Assembly: GCA_963718525.1 (NCBI GenBank)
Contig: OY970355.1
Coordinates: 1,152,001-1,216,000, forward strand
Reading direction: 5' to 3'
DNA length: 64,000 nt
Source: Candidatus Dormiibacterota bacterium
Lineage (GTDB): Bacteria > Chloroflexota > Dormibacteria > Aeolococcales > Aeolococcaceae
This document shows, piece by piece, positions 9,808 through 19,166 of the stretch. A program made the position numbers and the translations under genes. Each line of letters begins with the position of its first letter. Within the stretch, counting starts at the first letter, position 1. A model generated the notes under the pieces. It saw nothing but the letters and a program-made list of their open reading frames with translations, was not told where the DNA came from and did no database searches.

Positions 9808-10302
9808 GTGCGCTTCTACCTCGGCCATCGCCTCCCCGGAGGATTCTGGGCCGGCCTCTCGACCTACGGGAGGCGACCGCACCGCGCCGTCCGGCAGGCC
9901 GCGCACGCGACCGGTGGCATCGGATGCGTCGGTTTCGTCGTCCTGGTCGTGGTGATCGCGCTGGGGATCGCCTACTGGTACGTCAGCGTCCCGGTCCTGG
10001 TGCTCACGGCCATCGCCGTCGGTGTCACCGTGCACCGGCAGCATGTGCATCGGACGCGGCCGGCGCGCGTTGTGTCCGACACTCCCGTGCCTCCGCCGGT
10101 CCCGGTGGCACTGGCGGCGCGCGGGCAGCGCACCGCCAAGCCTCGCCCGCTGACCATGCCAGCGGACACCTTCAAGATCGGCTCGCTGGTCCACCTCGAG
10201 AAAGAGGGGAACCGCACGACGTACTTCGTCGACCACGGGCGGACCCCGGACGAGATCGTGCTCAAACGCGTGACGACGACGCCGATCGAGATGGATGCCT
10301 GA
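9808..10302 (+). CDS. Hypothetical membrane protein (two TM helices, Pro-rich linker, small beta-rich C-terminal domain)
   Basis: GTG start giving MRFYLGHRLPGG; hydrophobic hairpin GFVVLVVVIALGIAYWYVSVPVLVLTAIAVG; stop overlaps the ATPase start by 8 bp. Confidence 0.6.
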   Translation: MRFYLGHRLPGGFWAGLSTYGRRPHRAVRQAAHATGGIGCVGFVVLVVVIALGIAYWYVSVPVLVLTAIAVGVTVHRQHVHRTRPARVVSDTPVPPPVPVALAARGQRTAKPRPLTMPADTFKIGSLVHLEKEGNRTTYFVDHGRTPDEIVLKRVTTTPIEMDA

Positions 10303-12730
10303 CGCCGCCCTGCTCGGTCTCGTGGTCGACCGTATCGCAGTCCGGCCGCCGGCGGACCCGGGGGGGCGCCTCGTGCTCGCGGCGTTCGGCGGGCCGGCGG
10401 CGGTTGACGCCGCCCTCCATGCCGAGTTCGAGCCGGCATCGGCGGCTGGTCCCAACGGAGCGACGGCACGGCCGCGCTCCGCCGTCTACCTCACGGACAT
10501 CGAGGTGGAGGGCTTCCGGGGCGTCGGACCGACGACCAGGCTGGCGATCGACCCGGGCCCCGGGCTCACCCTGGTGGTGGGCCGCAACGGGTCGGGGAAG
10601 TCCTCATTCTCCGAGGCTCTCGAGATGGTGTTGCTCGGCACCAACAAGCGGTGGGAGCAGCGGGTCAAGGTGTGGCGCGACGGGTGGCAAAACCTCCACC
10701 ACCGCCACACGAGGGTCGTGGCCCGGTTCGCGGTCGATGGGCGCAAGCAGCCGCTCGAGGTCGCACGTGTCTGGAAGGACGGTGACGGCTTGGAAGGATC
10801 GACGCTGTTCGTCGACGGCAAGCCGGCCGACCTGGATGGGCTGGGCTGGGCGCACCCGCTCACCGGGTACCCGCCGCTGCTCTCCCACAACGAACTCGAA
10901 CATGCCCTCGATCGCGAGCAGTCGAAGCTGTACGACGCGCTCGCCGGGATTCTCGGCCTCGGAGACCTCGCCGAAGCCCAGCAGGTGCTGCAGAAAGCGC
11001 GCCTTGCTCGCGAGCGCGAGGTGAAAGACGCACGCGAGGCACTGCCGGCGTTGCGCGCGTTGCTCGAAAGAACCTCGGACGAACGCGCGGCGCTGGTTCG
11101 CTCGGCGCTCGCTGCCAAAGTGTGGGATCTCGACGCGGTCTCGAGCACCGTCGGCGGCGACGCCGAGAGTGACGAGCGCAGCGTGCTCCGTAAGCTGCGC
11201 GATCTTGCAGGTCTGCCGGTGCTGGATCGCGACAGGCTCAACGCGGCGATCGCCGGCCTGCGTGATGCGCATGCGGCCACTGAGCGGCTGCGGGGCACCG
11301 ATGCCGGAAGGGCACATGAGCTGGCGGCGCTCCTCGAGCAGGCACTCGCCGTGCACGCCCACGCCGAGGACGAGCGGTGCCCGGTGTGTGGCACCGAGGG
11401 CGTGCTGACCTACCGGTGGCGCGTGCAGGCGCGCGACCAGGTCGTCGCGCTCCGGGTCGAGGCGGAGGCCCTTCGCACCTCCCGCCGCATGCTTGAGGAT
11501 GCGATCCGCCAGGCTCGGCAGCTGATCACCGCACCGCTGAAGGCGTTGCGTGACGGCGCCGGCGCCGGTATCGATATCCACCCGGTGATCGCGCTCTGGG
11601 AGCGATGGGCCGAAGTTTCTGCCGATGATGACGCTATCGCGCTGGCCAGCAACCTCGAGACGCACGGTCCACCGCTTCTCGTGTCCGTCGCCGATCTGCG
11701 TCGGGCAGCCGCAGCCGAGCTCGAGCGGTTGGAGCGAGCATGGCGACCGGCCGCCGACGCGATTGCGTTGTGGCTGCCGCTGGGTCGTCGGGCGCACGAG
11801 GCGGAACGGGAGATCAACGGGCTCAAGGATGCCGAGCGATGGCTCCGAGATGCGCACGACGAGCTGCGTGATGAACGCTTCCGTCCCATCGCAAGTGCGG
11901 TCCAGGAGAACTGGACGGCGCTGCGCCAGGACAGCAACGTCTCGCTCGGTGAATTACGTCTGCTCGGCGCGCAGACCCAGCGCCGACTCTCGCTCGACGT
12001 CAAGGTCGATGGTGAGGATGGGTCCGCCCTCGGGGTCATGAGTCAGGGCGAGCTCAACTGCCTCGCGCTGTCGCTGTTCCTCCCGCGCGCGTCGATGCCC
12101 GAGTCGCCGTTTCGGTTCGTCGTGATCGACGACCCGGTGCAGGCGATGGATCCGGCGAAGGTGGCCGGCTTGGCGACGGTGCTTGCGCGTGCGGCCAGGG
12201 AGCGTCAGGTCATCGTCCTCACGCACGACACCCGTCTCGCGGATGCCATGCGCGCGCTGGATATTGCGGCCACGGTGGTCGAGGTGGTGCGGCGCGAGCA
12301 GTCGGTCGTTGAGCTGCGCCGGATACAGGATCCCGTACAGCGCTACATCGACGATGCGCTTGCGGTTGCGATGAGCAGGGACGTCCCCGTTGAGGCATTG
12401 CGGGTGATCCCCGGCTTCTGCAGGCTCGCGCTCGAGGCCGCGGCGGCACTCGCGGCGACGCGGCGCCTGCTGCGTCAGGGCACCGCGTACGCGGAGGTGC
12501 AGAACGTGTTGGCGAAGCCGACCACGCTGAACATGTGGCTGGCACTGGCGCTGTTGAACGATCCGGAGCGAAGCGGCGACGTGATCGGCTTCCTGCAGAA
12601 GCAGCATCCCTGGGCGGTCGATGCCGTCAGGGAGTGCAACCGCGGAACGCACAGCGGCAAGGTCTATGGCGATATGAAGGAGTTCATCCGCAGTGTCGAG
12701 CGGCTGACCAAGAAGATGCTCGAGCGTTGA
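10295..12730 (+). CDS. Rad50/SbcC-like ABC ATPase with zinc hook and putative C-terminal HEPN domain (RloC-like architecture)
   Basis: IEVEGFRG, Walker A GRNGSGKS, coiled coils around CPVC, signature MSQGE, Walker B VVIDDPVQAMD, LTHD. The tail carries CRLALE and RECNRGTH. Confidence 0.8.
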   Translation: MPDAALLGLVVDRIAVRPPADPGGRLVLAAFGGPAAVDAALHAEFEPASAAGPNGATARPRSAVYLTDIEVEGFRGVGPTTRLAIDPGPGLTLVVGRNGSGKSSFSEALEMVLLGTNKRWEQRVKVWRDGWQNLHHRHTRVVARFAVDGRKQPLEVARVWKDGDGLEGSTLFVDGKPADLDGLGWAHPLTGYPPLLSHNELEHALDREQSKLYDALAGILGLGDLAEAQQVLQKARLAREREVKDAREALPALRALLERTSDERAALVRSALAAKVWDLDAVSSTVGGDAESDERSVLRKLRDLAGLPVLDRDRLNAAIAGLRDAHAATERLRGTDAGRAHELAALLEQALAVHAHAEDERCPVCGTEGVLTYRWRVQARDQVVALRVEAEALRTSRRMLEDAIRQARQLITAPLKALRDGAGAGIDIHPVIALWERWAEVSADDDAIALASNLETHGPPLLVSVADLRRAAAAELERLERAWRPAADAIALWLPLGRRAHEAEREINGLKDAERWLRDAHDELRDERFRPIASAVQENWTALRQDSNVSLGELRLLGAQTQRRLSLDVKVDGEDGSALGVMSQGELNCLALSLFLPRASMPESPFRFVVIDDPVQAMDPAKVAGLATVLARAARERQVIVLTHDTRLADAMRALDIAATVVEVVRREQSVVELRRIQDPVQRYIDDALAVAMSRDVPVEALRVIPGFCRLALEAAAALAATRRLLRQGTAYAEVQNVLAKPTTLNMWLALALLNDPERSGDVIGFLQKQHPWAVDAVRECNRGTHSGKVYGDMKEFIRSVERLTKKMLER

Positions 12731-12738
12731 AGCCTGAT

Positions 12739-13128
12739 ATGAACACCGTGGTGGACGCACATGCGCTGGTTTCGGCGGCGCGTGACCTCATCTGCGACGA
12801 CGATTCGACGACAGCCGGGCTCTGGCCCCGCGCCGCGGCGCTACTCGCGCGCCAGGGACTCGAGCTTGCCATGGCGGGGCTCTGGGAGGTAACGGCTCCC
12901 GGGCTGGAGCGAACCTCGACGCGATGTCAGTTGCTCTGTGTCGGCGACATGCTCAACGATCGCGAGCTCGGCGGCCGCGCGACGTTGACGTGGCGCTCAC
13001 TCTCCAACGCCTGCCACCATCGCATCTACGAGCTGCCACCCACCGCGAGCGAGCTCAACATGGCCCTCGAGACGGTGTGGGACCTTGCGGAGTCAGTGGA
13101 GCGCGTGCGCGGGAGGATCCAGACGTGA
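12739..13128 (+). CDS. Small HEPN-like helical protein
   Basis: 129 aa with ARQGLE and WRSLSNACHH motifs; 8 bp after the ATPase stop. Confidence 0.6.
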   Translation: MNTVVDAHALVSAARDLICDDDSTTAGLWPRAAALLARQGLELAMAGLWEVTAPGLERTSTRCQLLCVGDMLNDRELGGRATLTWRSLSNACHHRIYELPPTASELNMALETVWDLAESVERVRGRIQT

Positions 13129-13198
13129 GGCGCGGTCAACCTGTTGCCATGGTTCGACGCCGCGGTCTCGTCGTGCTCGTTTCCGGGACCCTCACCCC

Positions 13199-13248
13199 TT
13201 AGCACTCCCCCCCGCGCCCCGCTAGCAGTCAGGCATCGCGAGTGCTAA
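13199..13248 (+). promoter_or_regulatory. CIRCE element (HrcA operator), possibly tandem
   Basis: CTAGCAGTC-N9-GAGTGCTAA at 13222-13248 (2 mismatches to TTAGCACTC-N9-GAGTGCTAA), plus a perfect left arm TTAGCACTC at 13199-13207, upstream of groEL. Confidence 0.85.
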
Positions 13249-13293
13249 ACTGAGCCCTGGAACCCAGGCTAGAGGATCAAACCAGGAGGAACC

Positions 13294-14904
13294 ATGGCCA
13301 AACAACTGCTATTCGACGTCGAGGCTCGGGCCCATCTCAAACGAGGGGTCGATCGGGTCGCGGACGCCGTGAAGATCACCATCGGCCCCAAGGGCCGGAA
13401 CGTCGTGCTGGACAAGAAGTTCGGGTCGCCGACCATCACCAACGACGGAGTCACGATCGCCAAGGAGATCGAGCTCGAGGAGCCCTTCGAGAACATGGGC
13501 GCCCAGCTGGTCAAGGAAGTGGCGAGCAAGACGAACGACATCGCTGGTGACGGGACCACCACCGCCACCGTGCTTGCCCAGGCCCTGATCGCAGCCGGCC
13601 TGCAGAACGTGGCCGCCGGCGCCAACCCCATCCAGCTCAAGAAGGGCATCGAGCTCGGCGTTGAGGCGATCGTCAAGGCGATCAAGGAGCAGTCGATCCC
13701 GATCTCCGAGCGCGAGAAGATCGCTCAGGTTGCGTCGATCTCCGCGGCTGACCCCACCATCGGCGAGACAGTCGCCGATGCGATGGAGAAGGTCGGCAAG
13801 GATGGCGTCATCACCGTCGAGGAGTCGAAGGGCCTCGAGACCGAACTCGAGCTCGTCGAGGGCATGCAGTTCGACAAGGGGTACATCTCCGCGTACATGG
13901 TCACCAATGCCCAGCGCATGGAGGCCGTCCTCGAAGATCCGTACATCCTCATCACTGACAAGAAGATCTCGGCGATCGCCGACCTGCTCCCGATCCTCGA
14001 GAAGGTGGTCCAGAGCGGCAAGCCGCTGCTGATCATCGCCGAGGACGTCGAGGGCGAGGCGCTCGCAACTCTCATCGTCAACAAGCTCCGCGGCACCTTC
14101 AACGCGGTTGCGGTCAAAGCCCCGGGCTTCGGTGATCGCCGCAAGGCGATGCTGCAGGACATCGCGATCCTGACCGGTGGCCAGGTGATCAGTGAGGAAG
14201 TGGGCCTCAAGCTCGATTCCGCGCAGCTCAGCTCGCTCGGCCGCGCCCGCAGCGTGACTGTCACCAAGGACGACACCACGCTCGTCGAGGGCAACGGCAG
14301 TAAGGACGCGATCAAGGGCCGCATCGAGCAGATCAAGGCCGAGATCGAGAAGTCCACGAGCGACTGGGACAAGGAAAAGCTCCAGGAGCGTCTTGCCAAG
14401 CTCAGCGGCGGCGTCGCCGTGATCAAGGTCGGCGCGCCGACCGAGACCGAGCTCAAGGAGAAGAAGCACCGCATGGAGGACGCCGTGTCCGCCACGCGCG
14501 CCGCTGTCGAAGAGGGCATCGTGCCTGGTGGTGGCGTCGTGCTCGTGAACGCGATCCCCGCGCTCGACACTGTGAAGGCCGAGGGCGATGTGCTCACCGG
14601 CGTGAACATCCTCCGTCGCGCACTGGAGGAGCCCCTCCGCCAGATCGCGCAGAACGCCGGCATGGAAGGCTCCGTCGTGGTCGACAAGGTGAAGTCGCTC
14701 CCCAAGGGGCAGGGCTTCGACGCGGCCAAGGGCGAGTACGTCGACATGGTCAAGGCCGGCATCATCGACCCGACCAAGGTCACCCGTTCGGCGGTGCAGA
14801 ACGCGGCATCGATCGCCGCGCTGCTGCTCACCACCGAGGCGCTGATCACCGACATTCCCGAGAAGAAGGGAGCACCGGCGGGTCCGCCGATGCCGGAGTA
14901 CTGA
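13294..14904 (+). CDS. groEL: Chaperonin GroEL
   Basis: [49 protein letters not shown]; AGGAGG RBS; no adjacent groES. Confidence 0.98.
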   Translation: MAKQLLFDVEARAHLKRGVDRVADAVKITIGPKGRNVVLDKKFGSPTITNDGVTIAKEIELEEPFENMGAQLVKEVASKTNDIAGDGTTTATVLAQALIAAGLQNVAAGANPIQLKKGIELGVEAIVKAIKEQSIPISEREKIAQVASISAADPTIGETVADAMEKVGKDGVITVEESKGLETELELVEGMQFDKGYISAYMVTNAQRMEAVLEDPYILITDKKISAIADLLPILEKVVQSGKPLLIIAEDVEGEALATLIVNKLRGTFNAVAVKAPGFGDRRKAMLQDIAILTGGQVISEEVGLKLDSAQLSSLGRARSVTVTKDDTTLVEGNGSKDAIKGRIEQIKAEIEKSTSDWDKEKLQERLAKLSGGVAVIKVGAPTETELKEKKHRMEDAVSATRAAVEEGIVPGGGVVLVNAIPALDTVKAEGDVLTGVNILRRALEEPLRQIAQNAGMEGSVVVDKVKSLPKGQGFDAAKGEYVDMVKAGIIDPTKVTRSAVQNAASIAALLLTTEALITDIPEKKGAPAGPPMPEY

Positions 14905-14925
14905 TCGGCAACTGATTCGATTCCT

Positions 14926-14969
14926 GAAAGGGCGGTCCGGGATTCTTCCCGGGCCGCTCTCTTCTTTTG
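14926..14969 (+). terminator. Intrinsic terminator of groEL
   Basis: Hairpin GGGCGGTCCGGGA-TTCT-TCCCGGGCCGCTC followed by TCTTCTTTT. Confidence 0.75.
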
Positions 14970-15082
14970 TCCGTATATCCGCGATGAGTTGATCAACGAT
15001 CGGCTACAACCCGGCGACGGCCGGACGCGCCTCGATCGACCCTGCGTAGATTCGACCTTCGAACCCACTCAGAGGTACTTCA

Positions 15083-15625
15083 ATGACCGACGCGCTGCCA
15101 GACGATTCGTTCGTGGAGTCAATGGGCTCCGGGTTGCTGCATCTCACCGGGATCGGGAGCCGCCTCGCGAAGCGCGAGACTGACGAGGAGCAACTGGACG
15201 CGCTCGACGGCAAGCTGATCACGGATCTCGGCCGGGAGTTTCACGATCGCGGCGACGAAGCCGCTCCAGGCCTCGACCTTGCGTCCGTGGCACAGGTGGA
15301 TCCCGAATTCACACCGGACGCGTTCCTGCTCATCGCGAGAGATGCGTTTCGCGTCCTCCAGGACGCGCACACCGAGGGAGCACCGGCCCTCGACGCGGAC
15401 ATAGCTTCGGCAGAGGTCACGGCGGTCTCGATGGAGGGCGGGCGAGAGCGAGCTGTCGTGCGTTTCGGTATCACGGGCACCGCGGCGGTCACTCAGGATT
15501 GGACCTTCGAGCGCGACCCGTCGGTCGACACGACCACCGAGGACGAGGATCACGAGGTTGCCGACGGCGGATGGTTGGTCGCCCACCGCGGGTGGCGCCT
15601 CACAGGGATCGCAGCCGCCGCCTGA
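15083..15625 (+). CDS. Tim44-like domain protein (degenerate)
   Basis: VDPEFTPDAFL...ARDAF, VVRF, QDWTFER, WRLTGI pattern; GAGG RBS. Confidence 0.55.
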   Translation: MTDALPDDSFVESMGSGLLHLTGIGSRLAKRETDEEQLDALDGKLITDLGREFHDRGDEAAPGLDLASVAQVDPEFTPDAFLLIARDAFRVLQDAHTEGAPALDADIASAEVTAVSMEGGRERAVVRFGITGTAAVTQDWTFERDPSVDTTTEDEDHEVADGGWLVAHRGWRLTGIAAAA

Positions 15626-15665
15626 AAAGCGATTGTGTCCATCATGGGCGCCGCGTGAGACGCCC

Positions 15666-16883
15666 ATGCTGAGCAATACCCGACTACCTGGCCCGTTCTC
15701 GCGCCTGCCCATTGCCTGGGTCATCGCGTTGGTCGTGTTCGTCCTGGCTGGCCTCAGCGCGCTCACCAAGAGCGGCGGTCAGCAGGCGCTGCTCCTGGCC
15801 GCCCTCGGTGTGATCCTCGTCCTTCGCGGAGCGACGGTCTTCTACCAGCGCCGGCCGATCGCGGGCCCGCCCCCGATCGAGCCGTCCTCCGAATCACCCG
15901 CCCCTCCACGCGTTGTTGGAGCTCGGTCACCGTCAGCCCCAGTCTCGATCGCGACCGTCCCCGAAGTCCCCCAGACGGTGATCGAGGCGCGAGATCTCGC
16001 CAAGCGATACGGGCAGATCGTCGCGGTCGACGGAGTCAGTTTCTCGGTCGAGAGCGGCGAGATCTTTGCACTGCTCGGCCCCAACGGTGCGGGGAAGTCA
16101 ACAACGCTCGAGATGCTCGAGGGGCTCCGGGACATCGATAGCGGCACCGCGCTGGTGCTGGGAACCGACATCAAGTCAAACGCCGTGGCCGTGAAACGGC
16201 GCATCGGCGTCCAACTCCAGGCGACAGCGCTTCCGAGCTTCACGACCGTCCGAGAGTCGATCGACCTGTTCCGCGCCTTCTATGACCACACGCGCGATAC
16301 CGCAGATCTCCTCGTGGAGTTTGACCTGGTTGCGCAGGCGAAGCAGGTCACCACAAAGCTCAGCGGGGGCCAACAGCAGCGGCTCAGCATCGCACTCGCC
16401 ATGGTCAATGATCCCGACGTGGTGTTTCTCGACGAGCCGACCACCGGCCTCGATCCCCAGGCGCGAATCTCGTTGTGGGGCTTCATCGAACGTTTCCGGA
16501 GCCGTGGCAAGACGGTGATGCTCACCACGCACTACATGGAGGAGGCGGAGCGGCTGTGCGATCGCGTCGCGGTCATGGACCAGGGGCACATCGTGGCGCT
16601 CGATACGCCGGACCGCCTGGTGACATTGCACGCACCGGGCACGACGATCTGCTTCACGAGTCCGCACCCAGACGCGGAAGGACTGCGTGCGTTGACCGGT
16701 GTCGAATCGATTGAGGTCGACGCTGGAACAGTGCGCATCGTCACACGGACTCCCGAGACCGTCCTCGCGCAGTTGCTCCACCCTGACAGCCCGGAGTCGC
16801 ACGGGCTTAGCAACCTGCGCGTGGAACGGGGCACGCTCGAAGACGTGTTCATCGCTCTGACCGGGCGCGACCTGCGCTCATGA
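15666..16883 (+). CDS. ABC-2 exporter ATP-binding protein with N-terminal TM extension
   Basis: GPNGAGKST, LSGGQQQRL, FLDEPTTGLDP, LTTHYMEEAE; two hydrophobic helices before the NBD. Confidence 0.9.
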   Translation: MLSNTRLPGPFSRLPIAWVIALVVFVLAGLSALTKSGGQQALLLAALGVILVLRGATVFYQRRPIAGPPPIEPSSESPAPPRVVGARSPSAPVSIATVPEVPQTVIEARDLAKRYGQIVAVDGVSFSVESGEIFALLGPNGAGKSTTLEMLEGLRDIDSGTALVLGTDIKSNAVAVKRRIGVQLQATALPSFTTVRESIDLFRAFYDHTRDTADLLVEFDLVAQAKQVTTKLSGGQQQRLSIALAMVNDPDVVFLDEPTTGLDPQARISLWGFIERFRSRGKTVMLTTHYMEEAERLCDRVAVMDQGHIVALDTPDRLVTLHAPGTTICFTSPHPDAEGLRALTGVESIEVDAGTVRIVTRTPETVLAQLLHPDSPESHGLSNLRVERGTLEDVFIALTGRDLRS

Positions 16884-17968
16884 GGGCATGGTTCGCTCTC
16901 GTCAAGACAACCGTGCGAAGCAGCTTCCGAAACCGTGCCGCGCTGATCTTCACGCTGCTCATTCCGATCTTCCTCATGGTGCTGCTCGGCAACGTGCTCG
17001 GTGGTGGGAATGCGTCGGTGAACATCGGCGTTGTGAACCAGGCCTCCACCCCGTTGAGCACGGCATACGTGGCGACGCTCAAGAACGAGAAGAACCTGGT
17101 GGTCGAGCAGGGAAATGCTTCGAAAGAGTTGAATCGTCTCCAGCACGACAACGTGGTGGCTGTGATTGTGATCCCATCGACCTTCGGTGCCCAGTGTGCG
17201 ACCGGATCTTCGTGTCCAAGCCCCGCTGTGAGCCTTCACCTCGACAGCAACGACCCGTCGAATTCGCAAGTTGCCGCCGCGATCATCGCCGCCGTGACGA
17301 GTGGATTCGCCCAGACGGCCCACCTCGGTGGCTCATCCGGAATCACCCTCACCACCACCGAGGTCGGCACGCAGAACATCACGTCCATCGACTACTACCT
17401 GCCATCGATGATGGCCTACGTCGCAGTTCTCGCCGGGCTGACCTACGTCTCCATCACGATCGTCGATCAGCGTGAACGCAACGTCCTTCGCCGTTACCGG
17501 GCCACACCGCTCCACCCGCTGCAGGTGCTGGGAGCCGCCATGACCGGAGGTGCGGTCACGGTTGCTCTCGAGGTGGCAGCGCTCGCGCTTGTCGGCGTCT
17601 TCATCTTCGGCGCGCGTGGGCACGGCAGCTGGCTCCTTGCTGTGATCGCGCTCGTGGTCGGGATCGCCAGCTTCGTCAGCATGGGATTCCTGCTGACGTC
17701 ATTTGTCAGCACCAGTGATGCGGCCCGGGGGATCTCGACGCTGATCGGGTTTCCCATGCTGTTCCTCAGCGGCATCTTCTTCCCGGTCGATGCCCTGCCA
17801 CAGTGGATCCAGAGCATCGTCCACGTCCTCCCGGTCTACTACGTTTCCGACGCGCTGCATCAAATCCTCAACTCGGGCACCGGACTCCCGCTGCTCGACG
17901 TCGTGGTGCCACTCGCCTGGGCGGCGGGATGCTTTGCGCTCGCCACCTGGCGGTTCCGCTGGGAGTAG
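16880..17968 (+). CDS. ABC-2 type exporter permease
   Basis: N-terminal TM, extracellular loop, RERNVLRRYRATP, FLSGIFFPVDALPQW; ATGA overlap with the ATPase. Confidence 0.9.
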   Translation: MRAWFALVKTTVRSSFRNRAALIFTLLIPIFLMVLLGNVLGGGNASVNIGVVNQASTPLSTAYVATLKNEKNLVVEQGNASKELNRLQHDNVVAVIVIPSTFGAQCATGSSCPSPAVSLHLDSNDPSNSQVAAAIIAAVTSGFAQTAHLGGSSGITLTTTEVGTQNITSIDYYLPSMMAYVAVLAGLTYVSITIVDQRERNVLRRYRATPLHPLQVLGAAMTGGAVTVALEVAALALVGVFIFGARGHGSWLLAVIALVVGIASFVSMGFLLTSFVSTSDAARGISTLIGFPMLFLSGIFFPVDALPQWIQSIVHVLPVYYVSDALHQILNSGTGLPLLDVVVPLAWAAGCFALATWRFRWE

Positions 17969-17972
17969 CGGC

Positions 17973-18368
17973 TCAGGAGCAGGTGGTCGCCCGGTACGAG
18001 GCGTTGCCCAGGTCCGGTGCGGCCTTACCGGTCACGGTGATCGTCGAGGCGCGGGCAGGCGGTGCGCAGCCTCGAGGAAAGACGATGAACACGCTCCGTG
18101 CGCCCGCAGAGATGTAGCCGTCGCAACTCGTGCTGTTGCACTGATAGGGCTCGAAGCTTCCCGAGAGCGTTGTTGTCCCGTCCGGAGCCACTGACCTCAC
18201 CGGGTTGGCGAAGAGCCCCGTGAACCCGACGACGAAGAGGACAGCGATCACCAGCACGGCAAGCACCACCACGGGAACGCCCCAGACCGGCCGGCGCCGT
18301 AAACGCTCGGCGTGGTCCGTTGGGGACTGCACCAGTGCCTGCTCGGTGGTGCTCGGCGGATTCTCCAT
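17973..18368 (-). CDS. Hypothetical membrane-anchored protein with four extracytoplasmic Cys
   Basis: MENPPSTTEQ, RRR plus one TM helix, then a beta-rich domain with CNSTSC, GC and TTCS. Confidence 0.55.
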   Translation of the reverse strand: MENPPSTTEQALVQSPTDHAERLRRRPVWGVPVVVLAVLVIAVLFVVGFTGLFANPVRSVAPDGTTTLSGSFEPYQCNSTSCDGYISAGARSVFIVFPRGCAPPARASTITVTGKAAPDLGNASYRATTCS

Positions 18369-18395
18369 TGCACTGGTACGGTACCGAAGTCCGCC

Positions 18396-19166
18396 ATGCG
18401 GCAGCCGATCGTCTTCGTCACCGACTTCGGGCGCGACGACGCGTACGCGGCGTCGCTGGTTGGCGCTGCCTGGCGCGTCGACCCGCACGCGATCTGCGTG
18501 GAGGGGACCCACGGCATTCCGCCGGGAGACGTGCTCGCCGGCGCCTACCAGCTCAAGGCGCTGGCGCGAGCGTTCAGCGGAGGTGCCGTCTTCTGTGCCG
18601 TCGTCGATCCGGGGGTGGGAACCGCGCGACGAGCGATTGCCGTCAAGGCGGGAAGGATCCGCTGTGTGGCGCCCGACAATGGACTGGTGTCGTACCTCTG
18701 GGACGAGGCGGCGGCGGACGACCGCCGGGCGGTGAGCATCGACGTCAACGCCGACGCCTCGCCGACCTTCCACGGTCGCGACGTGTTCGCCCCGTTCGCC
18801 GCCGAACTATCGTCGAACCAGCGGTTCGACGTCGCCGGCGACCTCATCGATGAGCCTGTCGTCCTCGCCGCAGCATTCGCACGGCGGGTCGGGAGCCGGA
18901 TCGCTGGGCGAGTTGCCGTGGTCGATCACTTTGGCAACGCGATCACGACCATCCGTGCCGCGGACATCGAAGGCGCCACCGTTCGCGCGGTGACATGGCC
19001 GGGAGGTCGCTCCTCGGGGTTGGTGTCGACATATGGCCACATCGACGCCGGCCCCGCCGCGGTGCTCGGGAGTGCGGGACATGTGGAGATCGCGGGCCGG
19101 GGTGTGGCCGCTGCCGCCATCGGCGGCCCCCGGCTGGGCGATGGAGTGGAGGTCGAACTCGCGTGA
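18396..19166 (+). CDS. SAM hydroxide adenosyltransferase / chlorinase-fluorinase family (DUF62)
   Basis: VTDFG, VVDPGVGTARR, APDNG, SPTFHGRDVFAP, VDHFGN. Confidence 0.9.
   Translation: MRQPIVFVTDFGRDDAYAASLVGAAWRVDPHAICVEGTHGIPPGDVLAGAYQLKALARAFSGGAVFCAVVDPGVGTARRAIAVKAGRIRCVAPDNGLVSYLWDEAAADDRRAVSIDVNADASPTFHGRDVFAPFAAELSSNQRFDVAGDLIDEPVVLAAAFARRVGSRIAGRVAVVDHFGNAITTIRAADIEGATVRAVTWPGGRSSGLVSTYGHIDAGPAAVLGSAGHVEIAGRGVAAAAIGGPRLGDGVEVELA

Noticed and set aside
10295-12730. Canonical SbcC, RecN or SMC call
   Set aside because: No sbcD neighbour, no SMC hinge, and an extra C-terminal domain after the ABC head.
13309-15068. Two long antisense ORFs over groEL
   Set aside because: Typical mirror frames of strongly biased genes; no independent signals.
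18396-19166. True fluorinase/chlorinase in a halometabolite cluster
   Set aside because: The Asp/Arg/His-type motifs (TDFG, ARR, TFHGRD) fit the common SAM hydrolase, and there is no biosynthetic context.
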